DNA of 64,000 bases from Bacilli bacterium (lineage in GTDB: Bacteria > Bacillota_I > Bacilli_A > RF39 > UBA660): assembly GCA_017528315.1 (NCBI GenBank), contig JAFXOW010000005.1, forward strand, positions 1,986-65,985, in the 5' to 3' direction. Of this stretch, positions 51,675-61,600 are shown piece after piece. The translations under genes and the position numbers were made by a program. How positions within the stretch are numbered: the stretch's first letter is position 1; every line of letters starts with the position of its first letter. The notes beneath the pieces are model-generated. The model made no database searches and had not been told where the DNA came from. It saw only the letters and a list, made by a program, of their open reading frames with translations.

Positions 51675-53000
51675 ATGGAACAAGGATCACTTTTTGAAGA
51701 ACCAGTAATGGAACCTTTAGCATCCAGGATGAGACCTCATGATTTATCAGAGTTTGTTGGTCAAAAACATTTGGTAGGAGATGGGAAAATACTAAGAAAA
51801 ATGATTGATAATGATAAATTATGTTCAATGATATTTTGGGGACCTCCGGGAGTTGGGAAAACAACTTTAGCTCGAATTATTGCATCCCATACCAAATCTA
51901 AATTTGTTACTTTTTCAGCTGTTACAAGTGGTATTAAAGAAATAAAAGAAGTAATGGAAAAAGCAGATCACTCGAGAAGTCTTGGTATTAGAACAATTGT
52001 CTTTATTGATGAAATACATCGTTTCAATAAAGCTCAACAAGATGCTTTTTTACCATATGTTGAAAAAGGGTCAATTATTTTAATAGGTGCAACTACAGAA
52101 AATCCTTCTTTTGAAGTAAATAATGCTTTGCTTTCCAGATGCCGAGTATTTGTTTTAAAAGAACTTGATAAGAATGATATTTATGAGTTACTTAAAAGAA
52201 GTGTAACTGATAAAAGAGGGTATCCAGATTTAGAAATTAAAATAAGTGATAAGATATTAAAGACAATTGCTGATATTTCTAATGGGGATGCGAGAAGTGC
52301 TTTAACAACTCTCGATATGGTAATAATGAACTCTGATATTGATGAAGATAAAGTTACAGTAACGAAAGAAAATTTAGAAGAAAGTATTTCTCGAAAAAGT
52401 TTACTTTATGATAAAAATGGTGAAGAACATTATAATATAATTTCAGCTTTACATAAATCAATGCGTAATAGTGATCCGGATGCAGCCATCTATTGGCTTT
52501 CTCGAATGATGTCTTCCGGGGAAGACCCTTTATATATAGCTAGACGTATTGTAAGATTTGCATCAGAGGATATTGGACTTGCTGATACTAATGCTTTAAA
52601 TGTTGCCATAAATGTATATCAAGCTTGTCATTTTTTAGGTATGCCTGAATGTAATGTTCATTTAACGGAAGCTGTTATTTATATGTCTTTGGCACCTAAA
52701 TCAAATGCTTGTTATATGGCTTGTGAAGATGCTTTAATCGATTCTCATAATACCATGTCTGAACCAGTTCCTTTAATAATTAGAAATGCTCCTACTAAAT
52801 TAATGAAAGATTTAAACTATGGTGCAGGTTATAAATATGCTCATGACTCGAAAAATAAATTAACTACTATGGAATGCCTTCCTGATTCTTTAATTGGAAG
52901 AATTTACTATAAACCAACGGAAATGGGTAATGAGATTAAATTTAAAGAAAGATTAGAAAGAATTAAAAAATGGAAAAGAGAACATAGAGATATAAAGTAA
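51675..53000 (+). CDS. rarA: Replication-associated recombination AAA+ ATPase RarA/MgsA
   Basis: PLASRMRP, WGPPGVGKTT, DEIHRFNKAQQD, SALHKSMRNSD. Confidence 0.93.
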   Translation: MEQGSLFEEPVMEPLASRMRPHDLSEFVGQKHLVGDGKILRKMIDNDKLCSMIFWGPPGVGKTTLARIIASHTKSKFVTFSAVTSGIKEIKEVMEKADHSRSLGIRTIVFIDEIHRFNKAQQDAFLPYVEKGSIILIGATTENPSFEVNNALLSRCRVFVLKELDKNDIYELLKRSVTDKRGYPDLEIKISDKILKTIADISNGDARSALTTLDMVIMNSDIDEDKVTVTKENLEESISRKSLLYDKNGEEHYNIISALHKSMRNSDPDAAIYWLSRMMSSGEDPLYIARRIVRFASEDIGLADTNALNVAINVYQACHFLGMPECNVHLTEAVIYMSLAPKSNACYMACEDALIDSHNTMSEPVPLIIRNAPTKLMKDLNYGAGYKYAHDSKNKLTTMECLPDSLIGRIYYKPTEMGNEIKFKERLERIKKWKREHRDIK

Positions 53001-53071
53001 ATTTTATATGTAAACTATCTTTACTTTATTAAATATACTTTGTAAAATATAACTTGAAAGAAGGATTATAG

Positions 53072-53965
53072 ATGACTATTAAAGAAGCACATAATTTTTA
53101 TACGCAAGATGAAATGAGATATGATATTATGACAAATAAAGAATTCTTATTATGGTATAATAACTTAATAAATAATGGATATATATCATATATGAATACC
53201 TTAGATATTCAAGAGTTAATTAATAATTTAGTTAATTGGTATGAAATAAAATATCCCGAAAAAGAATTTGAAAAGGATAATGGAATAAATTATCCTGATT
53301 ATAAAAATTTAGATAATTTAGCAAAATATATGACATTTGATCAGTTATTATATAGATTATCAAATAAAGAAATTAGTATACTAAAGTGTCCTTATAGAAC
53401 GGGATGTGGGGGATTTTATTATAATAAAGAGTTAGAAAAAGATGTACCTTGTTCATTAGTTTATTTTAATAGAATAAATACAAGTGAAGAAAGACCATTA
53501 TTTTATAGAGATACCTATAATTTTGAAATAGATTCTTTAACAGGAAAAGTTATTTATAAATTAAATTTACCAAAAGAGTTACGAAATGATAATTATAATA
53601 TAGAAGATTTATATAAAAAATTAAAAAGTTTAGATGAATATAATTTAAAAGAAATAGAAAAATGCTTAAAACATAAAAAATATGATGAGTTACTTAGAAA
53701 TAAGATATTAGAGCTTACAGTTTTAAAAATTTTATATTCTAAGAATACTATTCCCGAATATGGCTATAAAAGAGCCAGAATTTTTATTGATGAATTTAAT
53801 CAAGAATTAAATCTAAATTTAAGTAAAAGTGAAATTGATCTTATAATGATGAAAGATTATTCTATTAATAAAGAAAATATGCCTTTAAATGAAAATGAAT
53901 TAAAAAGCATGATAAAAAATAGAAAAAGAATGATTAAAGAAATTAAAAGAAATAGTAAATATTAA
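53072..53965 (+). CDS. Hypothetical protein
   Basis: 297-aa open frame with SD; no motif recognised. Confidence 0.6.
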   Translation: MTIKEAHNFYTQDEMRYDIMTNKEFLLWYNNLINNGYISYMNTLDIQELINNLVNWYEIKYPEKEFEKDNGINYPDYKNLDNLAKYMTFDQLLYRLSNKEISILKCPYRTGCGGFYYNKELEKDVPCSLVYFNRINTSEERPLFYRDTYNFEIDSLTGKVIYKLNLPKELRNDNYNIEDLYKKLKSLDEYNLKEIEKCLKHKKYDELLRNKILELTVLKILYSKNTIPEYGYKRARIFIDEFNQELNLNLSKSEIDLIMMKDYSINKENMPLNENELKSMIKNRKRMIKEIKRNSKY

Positions 53966-53982
53966 GTACCATATAATTTAAT

Positions 53983-54366
53983 ATGGATTATAATGAAAAA
54001 ATAGATAAATTAAAAGATTTAAAAATAGAAGAATTTGTTTGGATTATTTATATTGGTATTATTATTTTTAGTTTTTATTCTAATTCTTTAGAAAGAAAAT
54101 ATATTTTATATAATGATATGAAAAGTAAAGAAAAGTATCGAGTTACTTTAATAATTATTTTTTCTATTTTATGTATTATATATTATTATTTTTTAAAAGA
54201 TTCTTATGAATCAGTTCAAGAATTAAATATATTTGATACTTTAAATAAAAAGAATTTAACATATTTATCATTTTTAGCTTCTTTACTTATTTTTATAAGT
54301 GGTGTAATATTTTTATATATTGCCTTTAGTGATGAATCATTGGATGTTGAAATTGCATTTAATTAA
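53983..54366 (+). CDS. Hypothetical 3-TM membrane protein
   Basis: Three hydrophobic segments. Confidence 0.6.
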   Translation: MDYNEKIDKLKDLKIEEFVWIIYIGIIIFSFYSNSLERKYILYNDMKSKEKYRVTLIIIFSILCIIYYYFLKDSYESVQELNIFDTLNKKNLTYLSFLASLLIFISGVIFLYIAFSDESLDVEIAFN

Positions 54367-54391
54367 AATAAAACTAATTGTTGGAGGAATT

Positions 54392-54973
54392 ATGTACAAA
54401 CAAATTGATAATAATGGATTAGTAAATTTAAATTTATATGAGGGATATTCACATACTAAATATAGTAACTTATCAAATAATAATTATGAAAGCACTAGAA
54501 CTTCAAGGTATAAAGATATTGTTTATACTGATGGAACTGTTAAAATATTAGAGGAAATAGAAGTTAATGATTTAGATAATTTACCTAATGATTTAACAAC
54601 TGAAGAAATAGAAAAAGTAAAACAGATTTATCATGAAAATTTTTATATAGATGAAGTAGTAGTAAAGAGAATTCAGATTGAAAATGCTAACTTTTATATT
54701 GAAACAGAATTAAGTAAGGTATTAGCAATGATAGGAAAAACATGTGGTTGGTTTTGGTCTATAGAGAATATGCAAGTTAATGTTAAAGAACCTACAACTA
54801 GTAAGACTTTAAAGACAATTAAAACTACTATTAAATTAATTAATAATAAAAAATCTCAAAGTAATACACGGATATTTAAAAGTATAATTCAAAGTCATAT
54901 TTTAAATTCCGTTGAATATATAAAAAGTTATCAAAATATTTATCAATTAAAAGATAGAATTAAGAAAATTTAA
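54392..54973 (+). CDS. Hypothetical protein
   Basis: ATG after GGAGG at 54392; no motif recognised. Confidence 0.55.
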   Translation: MYKQIDNNGLVNLNLYEGYSHTKYSNLSNNNYESTRTSRYKDIVYTDGTVKILEEIEVNDLDNLPNDLTTEEIEKVKQIYHENFYIDEVVVKRIQIENANFYIETELSKVLAMIGKTCGWFWSIENMQVNVKEPTTSKTLKTIKTTIKLINNKKSQSNTRIFKSIIQSHILNSVEYIKSYQNIYQLKDRIKKI

Positions 54974-55005
54974 TTAATTATTGCATATAGTTAATTGGTG
55001 ATAAA

Positions 55006-55263
55006 TTGTATAATATAAATGATGCTTTGTATGTAAAAGATAAATTAAATTTAACTTTTAATAAATTTACTATTAATGATTTGCTTAATGGTATGAATAT
55101 TGAAAGTGAACATGGACTTGTTAATCCTTTAACTAATGTAACAGATGATGATTTAATTAAAACAGCTAAGATTGCTCTTGCTCATTTAAATGAATTTCCT
55201 AATTATTACAATGAGCTATATGGTTTAAAGAAATTTGAGGAATTTTTAAAGAAAAAATTATAA
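55006..55263 (+). CDS. DUF5661-like small protein
   Basis: GMNIESEHG...TNVTDDD..KTAKIALAHLNEFPNYY. TTG start. Confidence 0.65.
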   Translation: MYNINDALYVKDKLNLTFNKFTINDLLNGMNIESEHGLVNPLTNVTDDDLIKTAKIALAHLNEFPNYYNELYGLKKFEEFLKKKL

Positions 55264-55505
55264 AAAACTTAACATTTATTATTTTTTGTGATATATTATT
55301 AGCACATAAGTAATTATTTTATATGTTTTGCATATAATACTTATGCTACAATGTAGTAAAAAAAGCAGGTGAAGCCAGCCTTAAATGGCAGCTAAAAGAG
55401 TGAGATTAGAAATTATTTTCTGAAATCTTTTTCAAAATGGCAGATTAAGTATATACTATTTGCTATTTTTATTATATAATTATTTAGGAAGTTGGTAGTA
55501 TAAAT

Positions 55506-56543
55506 ATGTATACAATATATGATTATTTAAAGTATTATAAAGATTATAGTTTAAAAGATTTAAAATGGAATGTTATGGATAATTTATTATTATCTTGTCT
55601 TGTTTATATGCCTCTTAAATCTTTTGAATATAAAGATTATAAGACATTAATTTCTGAAATACTAGAAAGTAACGTTAAAGATATTAAAGATTTAATGGTA
55701 CCTAAAACTTTAGAAATAGCTAGTATTATTAAAGAATCTAAGAGATATCAGAATATGAAATTTTATAATTTTATTAATCAAGTAAATAGTAAAACTCAAT
55801 TTGGAGCTATAACAGTTGTTTTAGATAATATAAAAATAATTACTTTTAGAGGTAGTGATAGAAGTGTCATTGGATGGCTTGAAAATTTTAGAATTGCATA
55901 TCTTTATCCAACCTACACTCAACAAGTAGCAATTGATTATTTAAATAATAATATTAATTTATTTGATAATAATGTTTATATATGTGGTCATTCTAAGGGT
56001 GGTAATCTCTCAATTGTAAGTGCTATGGAATTACCAAGTTTTAAATTGAGAAAAATAAAAAATATTTATAATTTTGATGGACCAGGAGTAAGACATGAAG
56101 AATTTGAATCTTTAAAATATAAACGTATAAAATCTAAAATTGTTAATATAATACCAACTAGTTCCTATGTAGGTGCTCTTTTATATAATGAGAATTATTA
56201 TGTTGTAAAAACAAGTGCTCATGCTATAAATGTTCATTATCCAATATATTGGAATATTTTTGGAATAGAATTTGTTAAAGGAAACTTATCTAAGTCTAGC
56301 CTGGGATTAATTAAAGGAACGACAACTAATTTAGATAAAGTACCAAAAGATAAATTACAGGAAGTATTGGAAGAATCATTTAAAATATTTAAAAAAAGAG
56401 AAACTAATAATATTAAATTAACGCTTAATGATTTAAAAAATATTGTTAAAAATATAAGTAAGATGGATCCTGAAATATCCAAATATGTATCTTTGATTTT
56501 TTCCAGTATTATTAATATAAGAGAGAAAAATAATGAAAAATGA
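55506..56543 (+). CDS. DUF2974 (Mbeg1-like) alpha/beta hydrolase
   Basis: FRGSD..VIGWLENF, GHSKGGNL, FDGPG. Confidence 0.82.
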   Translation: MYTIYDYLKYYKDYSLKDLKWNVMDNLLLSCLVYMPLKSFEYKDYKTLISEILESNVKDIKDLMVPKTLEIASIIKESKRYQNMKFYNFINQVNSKTQFGAITVVLDNIKIITFRGSDRSVIGWLENFRIAYLYPTYTQQVAIDYLNNNINLFDNNVYICGHSKGGNLSIVSAMELPSFKLRKIKNIYNFDGPGVRHEEFESLKYKRIKSKIVNIIPTSSYVGALLYNENYYVVKTSAHAINVHYPIYWNIFGIEFVKGNLSKSSLGLIKGTTTNLDKVPKDKLQEVLEESFKIFKKRETNNIKLTLNDLKNIVKNISKMDPEISKYVSLIFSSIINIREKNNEK

Positions 56544-56769
56544 ACTTATTAAAAAAATAGATAAAATTCATACAACTAGTCTTGGAATGAAAAGAATTAA
56601 AACAAATCTTAACATAGAAGCAAGTGGAGTAGATTATTGTAAAAATATTCTATTAAACGAAGATTCAATTGTTTATAAGAATGGTAAAAATTATTATTTA
56701 AAATATAATAATATTCTTTTTACAATTAATAGTTTTAGTTATACTATAATAACTGCCCATATTATTTAA
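56533..56769 (+). CDS. DUF3781-like small protein
   Basis: HTTSLGMKRIKTNL...GKNYY...TINSFSYTIITAH. Confidence 0.65.
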   Translation: MKNELIKKIDKIHTTSLGMKRIKTNLNIEASGVDYCKNILLNEDSIVYKNGKNYYLKYNNILFTINSFSYTIITAHII

Positions 56770-56814
56770 TTATTATTTGCTGTATCAAAAGATATTTGAC
56801 TTATATATGTATTT

Positions 56815-56933
56815 GTCAAGGAAACTTGCATGAAATAAAAATGGAAACATTCAGTTTTGGTATGCTGAATGTCTACCCAATAAAATGGTGAAGACATTTA
56901 ATCTATTAGTGATAGATTAGATGTCATTTTTTT
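56815..56933 (+). ncRNA. Candidate cis-antisense sRNA (type I antitoxin), locus 2; 5' end approximate
   Basis: 5' hairpin CAAG-GAAA-CTTG; 14-bp terminator stem GACATTTAATCTAT/ATAGATTAGATGTC plus T7 at 56893-56933. Convergent with a peptide gene. The -35 element is poorly defined. Confidence 0.55.
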
Positions 56934-57016
56934 ATTACTACTATCATAATGATAAGGAAAAATAAAATGATAGCAATGAATTTTAGAACTTTTATAATAA
57001 AAGCCTTAGTTTTCAT
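56924..57016 (-). CDS. Small hydrophobic peptide (candidate type I toxin), 30 aa
   Basis: SD GAAGGGAG, ATG at 57016, MKTKAFIIKVLKFIAIILFFLIIMIVVIKK*; intact. Below the ORF-track length cutoff. Confidence 0.72.
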   Translation of the reverse strand: MKTKAFIIKVLKFIAIILFFLIIMIVVIKK

Positions 57017-57188
57017 CTTATCAAATCTCCCTTCTTTTAAAATGGAAGGTAGACATCCCGCAACTGACGTTTCCATAAGATATATATTACATACTAATTA
57101 TACATTGCAAGTCATTTATGTTATTTTTGCAAATATAATTTTTTAATTTTTTAAATTTATTGTATAATAGAATGGAAAGGAATCTTAT

Positions 57189-59357
57189 ATGAAAAAAATA
57201 ATTCTTAAAATAGATGGTATGAGTTGCAGTGCTTGCAAAGAATCCTTAGAAAAATATTTAAATAAACAAGAAGGAATTACAGCTAATGTTAATTTAGTAA
57301 TGGCTTTGGCTTCAATTAATTATGATTCAGAAAAAGTTGATACTTCTAATATCGAAAAATTTATAGAAGAAGCTGGTTTTAAAAGTTTAGGAGAATATAG
57401 ATTTGAAAATAATACTAAAGATAATAGCAAATTATTATTAATAATATATTTAATTTTACTTTTAATAATTATATATATAATGATTAGTAATATATCAAAT
57501 ATATTATTAATAAATTATTTAAATAAAGATTTATATCCAATTATTTATGGATCTATTTTGTTAATATTAACAATACCATTTATTATCTATGGTTTTGATA
57601 TAATAAAAAATGGAATATTTAAATTAAAACATAAATCACCTAATATGGATACATTAGTTACAATAGGTGTAATAGTATCATTCATTTATAGTTTAGTTAA
57701 TTTAAATTTAATTATTTTTGGTAATAAAACACTAGTTAATCATTTATATTTTGAATCATGTGCTATGATTATTTATTTTGTTAAACTTGGACGTTTTATT
57801 GATAAAAATAATAAAGAGAAAGCGAAAGAAGCAATTGAAGAACTCGTACAAATAACACCTGAATATGCAAGATTACAGAATGGATTAAAAGTAACAATTG
57901 ACGAAGTTAAAGAAGGAGATATATTAATTGTAAGACCTGGTGAGAAAATAGCCGTTGATGGAATAGTTACTAAAGGAGAAAGCCATGTATTAGAAAGTTT
58001 TGTAACTGGTGAATCTATACCATCTAAGAAAAAGAGGAACGATAATGTTTTAGCAGGAAGTATTAATATTGATGGAGTACTTGAATATAAAGCATTAAAA
58101 ATTGGAAAGAATTCAACAATATCGGAAATTGTTCATTTAGTTGAAGAATCAATTAATTCAAAATTAGCAATAGGAAGACTAGCTGATAAAGTTAGTGGTA
58201 TATTTGTTTTAAGTATTATAATAATTGCTATTATTACCTTTATTATTTATTTAATAATAGGTAGGGGTGGTGATATGGCTATTATTACTTTAGTAAGTAT
58301 ATTAGTTGTTTCATGTCCGTGTGCTATGGGACTAGCAACACCTTTAGCTATTGTTATAGCAAATGGATTATGTTTTAAAAAAGGAATTTTAGTAAGAAAT
58401 AGTGAAATATTAGAAATAGCTAGTAAAATTAAAAAAATTGTTTTTGATAAAACTGGTACTTTAACTTATGGAGATTTAAGAGTGTCACGTCTTGCTAATT
58501 ATTCTGATTATTCTAATGATAAATTATTAAATATTGTAGCGAGTTTAGAAAAAAATTCTCTTCATCCAATTGCAAGTGCTTTTAAAATGTATGATCCAAG
58601 GTATGAAGTAACTGATTTCCGAAATATTGAAGGGTGTGGTATTACTGGAGTAATTGGAAGAAAAACATTTTATGTTGGAAATAGTAGACTTCTAAATGAT
58701 TTAGATATAATAAATGAAAAAGAAAATATTGAAGAAAACTTCGCATCACTTGGAAATAGTATTTTATATATTGTTGAAAATAAAAAAATAATTGGTTTAA
58801 TAGGAGTTAAAGATATTGTAAGAAAAAATACTAAAAAAATTATAAATGAACTTAAAAATATGAATATAGATATTTATATGTCAACAGGAGATAATAAGTT
58901 AACTGCTAATATTATTGCTAAATCTATTGGAATAGAAAACGTTAAAGCTAATTTACTTCCTAAAGAAAAATTAGAATATTTAAAAGAATTAAAGAATAAC
59001 TCCAAAGTAATGATGATAGGTGATGGAATAAATGATGCACCAGCTTTATCTTTAAGTGATATAGGAGTTAGTGTAAACGGAGCAGCAGATATTTCCAAAA
59101 ATTCTAGTGATATAATCTTATTAAACGATGATTTAAGTAAAATTATAACTTTAATTAAAATAAGTAAAAAAACAATAAAAATTATCAAACAAAATTTATT
59201 TTGGGCATTTTGCTATAATTTATTTATGATACCAATGGCTATGGGTTTATTTAGTAATATTGGATTAACTTTAAATCCTTCTATTTCAAGTATAGCAATG
59301 ACTTTAAGTAGTTTAATAGTGGTATTTAATTCTTTAAGATTAAGAAAAATAAAATAA
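57189..59357 (+). CDS. copA: Cu(I)-translocating P1B-type ATPase
   Basis: GMSCSAC, TGES, CPC, DKTGT, HP, GDGINDAP, YN and MTLSS ligand motifs. Confidence 0.88.
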   Translation: MKKIILKIDGMSCSACKESLEKYLNKQEGITANVNLVMALASINYDSEKVDTSNIEKFIEEAGFKSLGEYRFENNTKDNSKLLLIIYLILLLIIIYIMISNISNILLINYLNKDLYPIIYGSILLILTIPFIIYGFDIIKNGIFKLKHKSPNMDTLVTIGVIVSFIYSLVNLNLIIFGNKTLVNHLYFESCAMIIYFVKLGRFIDKNNKEKAKEAIEELVQITPEYARLQNGLKVTIDEVKEGDILIVRPGEKIAVDGIVTKGESHVLESFVTGESIPSKKKRNDNVLAGSINIDGVLEYKALKIGKNSTISEIVHLVEESINSKLAIGRLADKVSGIFVLSIIIIAIITFIIYLIIGRGGDMAIITLVSILVVSCPCAMGLATPLAIVIANGLCFKKGILVRNSEILEIASKIKKIVFDKTGTLTYGDLRVSRLANYSDYSNDKLLNIVASLEKNSLHPIASAFKMYDPRYEVTDFRNIEGCGITGVIGRKTFYVGNSRLLNDLDIINEKENIEENFASLGNSILYIVENKKIIGLIGVKDIVRKNTKKIINELKNMNIDIYMSTGDNKLTANIIAKSIGIENVKANLLPKEKLEYLKELKNNSKVMMIGDGINDAPALSLSDIGVSVNGAADISKNSSDIILLNDDLSKIITLIKISKKTIKIIKQNLFWAFCYNLFMIPMAMGLFSNIGLTLNPSISSIAMTLSSLIVVFNSLRLRKIK

Positions 59358-59428
59358 ATTGTCAAATTAGAAATTCTTAATAGACAATCATTTAATATTT
59401 TGATAAAATTAACCATGAGGTAGATAGT

Positions 59429-61579
59429 ATGGATTTATTGGAAAATTTAAATGAAAGACAAATAGAAGCTGTAACTTTTATGGAAGGACCACTTTTAGTT
59501 TTAGCTGGAGCCGGATCCGGTAAAACCAAAGTTTTAACAACCAGAATTGCTTATTTAATTAATCAAGGAATAAATCCAGAAAATATATTAGCTATTACAT
59601 TTACGAATAAAGCAGCTCACGAAATGAAAAGTCGAATTGGAAATTTAATTGGATATTATTCACATAATATGCAAATATCAACTTTTCATTCTTTTGGACT
59701 TAGATTAATAAAAGAAAATTATGAATATTTAGGATATGATAAAAATTTTGTAATCTTTGACAGTGATGACTCTTTAACTATTGTTAAAAAAATAATTAAA
59801 GATATGAATCTTGATAAAGATAAATTTAATCCTAAAGCTATAAGAAATAAAATAAGTAGTTTAAAGAATGATTTAATAGAACCCAGTTCCTATAAAAAAT
59901 ATGCTTTAACAGAATTTGATGAAGTAGTATATAAAGTTTATCAAAAATATGAAGATTCTTTATATGAAAATAATTCTTTAGATTTTGATGATTTATTAAT
60001 ATTACCTATTAAATTATTTAGTAAAAGAAAAGATATTTTAGAAAGATATCAAGAAAAATTTAAATATATTTTAATAGATGAATATCAAGATACTAACGAA
60101 GCTCAATATAAATTAACCAAGATGCTTGCTAGTCGTTTTAAAAATATTTGTTGTGTTGGTGATGTTGATCAAGCTATCTATGGTTTTCGAGGAGCTAATT
60201 ATAAAAATATTTTAAATTTTGAAAGAGATTATAAAAATACCAAAATAATAAATCTAGAAGAAAACTATCGAAGTACCAAAACAATACTAGATGCTGCTAA
60301 TGCAGTTATTAAAAATAATAAAAATCGAAAAGAAAAGAATTTATTTTCTAATTTAGGAATAGGAGAAAAAATTGAATATTATAGAGCTTCAACAGGTCTT
60401 TCAGAAGTATCGTTTGTTATTTCCAAAATTAAAGATTTAATGAGTGACGGAATATCATTAAAAGATATGGTCATTTTATATCGAACAAATGCCCAGTCGC
60501 GAATATTTGAAGATGGTTTAATGAAATCAAGTATTCCTTATAAAATAGTTGGAGGAATTAACTTCTATGGACGTCGTGAAATTAAAGATTTACTTGCATA
60601 TTTAAGGCTTATTCATAATATACATGACAATGTTAGTTTAGAAAGAGTTATAAATGTTCCCAAAAGAGGAATTGGAGAAAAAACTTTAACTAATTTAATA
60701 AATAAAGCTAATGAAAATAATATATCAATGTATGAGGCAATTGATTCTGGAAAAGAACTTGGATTTAAAAAGATAATTGAAGAGTTAAAAACCTTAAAAG
60801 ATACAATGTCTTTAGTTGAATATATTGATTTAGTTTTAGATAAATCAGGATTAATTAATGAACTTAAAAATGAACATAGTTTAGAAGCTGATATAAGAAT
60901 TGAAAACTTAGAAGAATTTAAATCCGTTGCTCGAGCTTTTGAAGAAGAAAATGGAGTTATTTCTTTAGAAGATTTTTTACTTAATGTAAGTTTAATAAGT
61001 GATAACTTGGATGTAAAAGATGAGGTAAAAGATTCAGTTAGTTTAATGACTATTCATGCTGTTAAGGGATTAGAATTTCCTTATGTCTTTTTAGTTGGAA
61101 TGGAAGAAAGATTATTTCCTCATGTAAACTCGTTAGATAGTGAAGAAGATATTGAAGAAGAAAGACGACTTTGTTATGTTGCAATTACTAGATGTAAAAC
61201 AAAATTATTTATTACTAATGCTAGACAAAGACTTATGTATGGAATAGATCAAATAAATCCGGCTAGTCGATTTGTTTTGGAAATAGATGAATCATTAATT
61301 AATAATTTATCTCAAAAAGAAATTGAAAATTTCTCTAGAATAGATTATAATAATGACATAAGTGAAGAAAAAGTAAATATTGAAGAAAATTATCTTAATA
61401 AGGATTTAGATTATCAAGTAGGAGATTTCGTTTATCATGAAAACTTTGGAGCAGGAACTGTAATTGAAGTAATTAAGAATAAGAAAAATCCTAAACTTAC
61501 TTTACTTAAAATAGCTTTTAAATTACCATATGGTATTAAGACTTTATTATATAATCATAAAAGTTTAAAGAAGATATAA
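59429..61579 (+). CDS. pcrA: ATP-dependent DNA helicase PcrA
   Basis: AGAGSGKT, DEYQDTN, NYRST, TIHAVKGLEF, EEERRL. Confidence 0.95.
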   Translation: MDLLENLNERQIEAVTFMEGPLLVLAGAGSGKTKVLTTRIAYLINQGINPENILAITFTNKAAHEMKSRIGNLIGYYSHNMQISTFHSFGLRLIKENYEYLGYDKNFVIFDSDDSLTIVKKIIKDMNLDKDKFNPKAIRNKISSLKNDLIEPSSYKKYALTEFDEVVYKVYQKYEDSLYENNSLDFDDLLILPIKLFSKRKDILERYQEKFKYILIDEYQDTNEAQYKLTKMLASRFKNICCVGDVDQAIYGFRGANYKNILNFERDYKNTKIINLEENYRSTKTILDAANAVIKNNKNRKEKNLFSNLGIGEKIEYYRASTGLSEVSFVISKIKDLMSDGISLKDMVILYRTNAQSRIFEDGLMKSSIPYKIVGGINFYGRREIKDLLAYLRLIHNIHDNVSLERVINVPKRGIGEKTLTNLINKANENNISMYEAIDSGKELGFKKIIEELKTLKDTMSLVEYIDLVLDKSGLINELKNEHSLEADIRIENLEEFKSVARAFEEENGVISLEDFLLNVSLISDNLDVKDEVKDSVSLMTIHAVKGLEFPYVFLVGMEERLFPHVNSLDSEEDIEEERRLCYVAITRCKTKLFITNARQRLMYGIDQINPASRFVLEIDESLINNLSQKEIENFSRIDYNNDISEEKVNIEENYLNKDLDYQVGDFVYHENFGAGTVIEVIKNKKNPKLTLLKIAFKLPYGIKTLLYNHKSLKKI

Positions 61580-61600
61580 ATTAGAAAGGTGGAAATATTT

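Noticed and set aside
52989-53016. Possible dif site (ATATGTAAACT resembles the XerD arm)
   Set aside because: The left arm does not match, and the segment is better explained as a hairpin (AAAGTAAA/TTTACTTT) after rarA.
53970-54991. sigmaE/sigmaK-like -10 elements (CATATAAT at 53970, CATATAGT at 54984)
   Set aside because: No convincing -35 at the right spacing, and such matches are expected by chance in AT-rich DNA.
56949-57146. 65-aa plus-strand ORF in the track
   Set aside because: It is antisense to the peptide gene, which has the SD, promoter and structural support; it has no recognisable motif.
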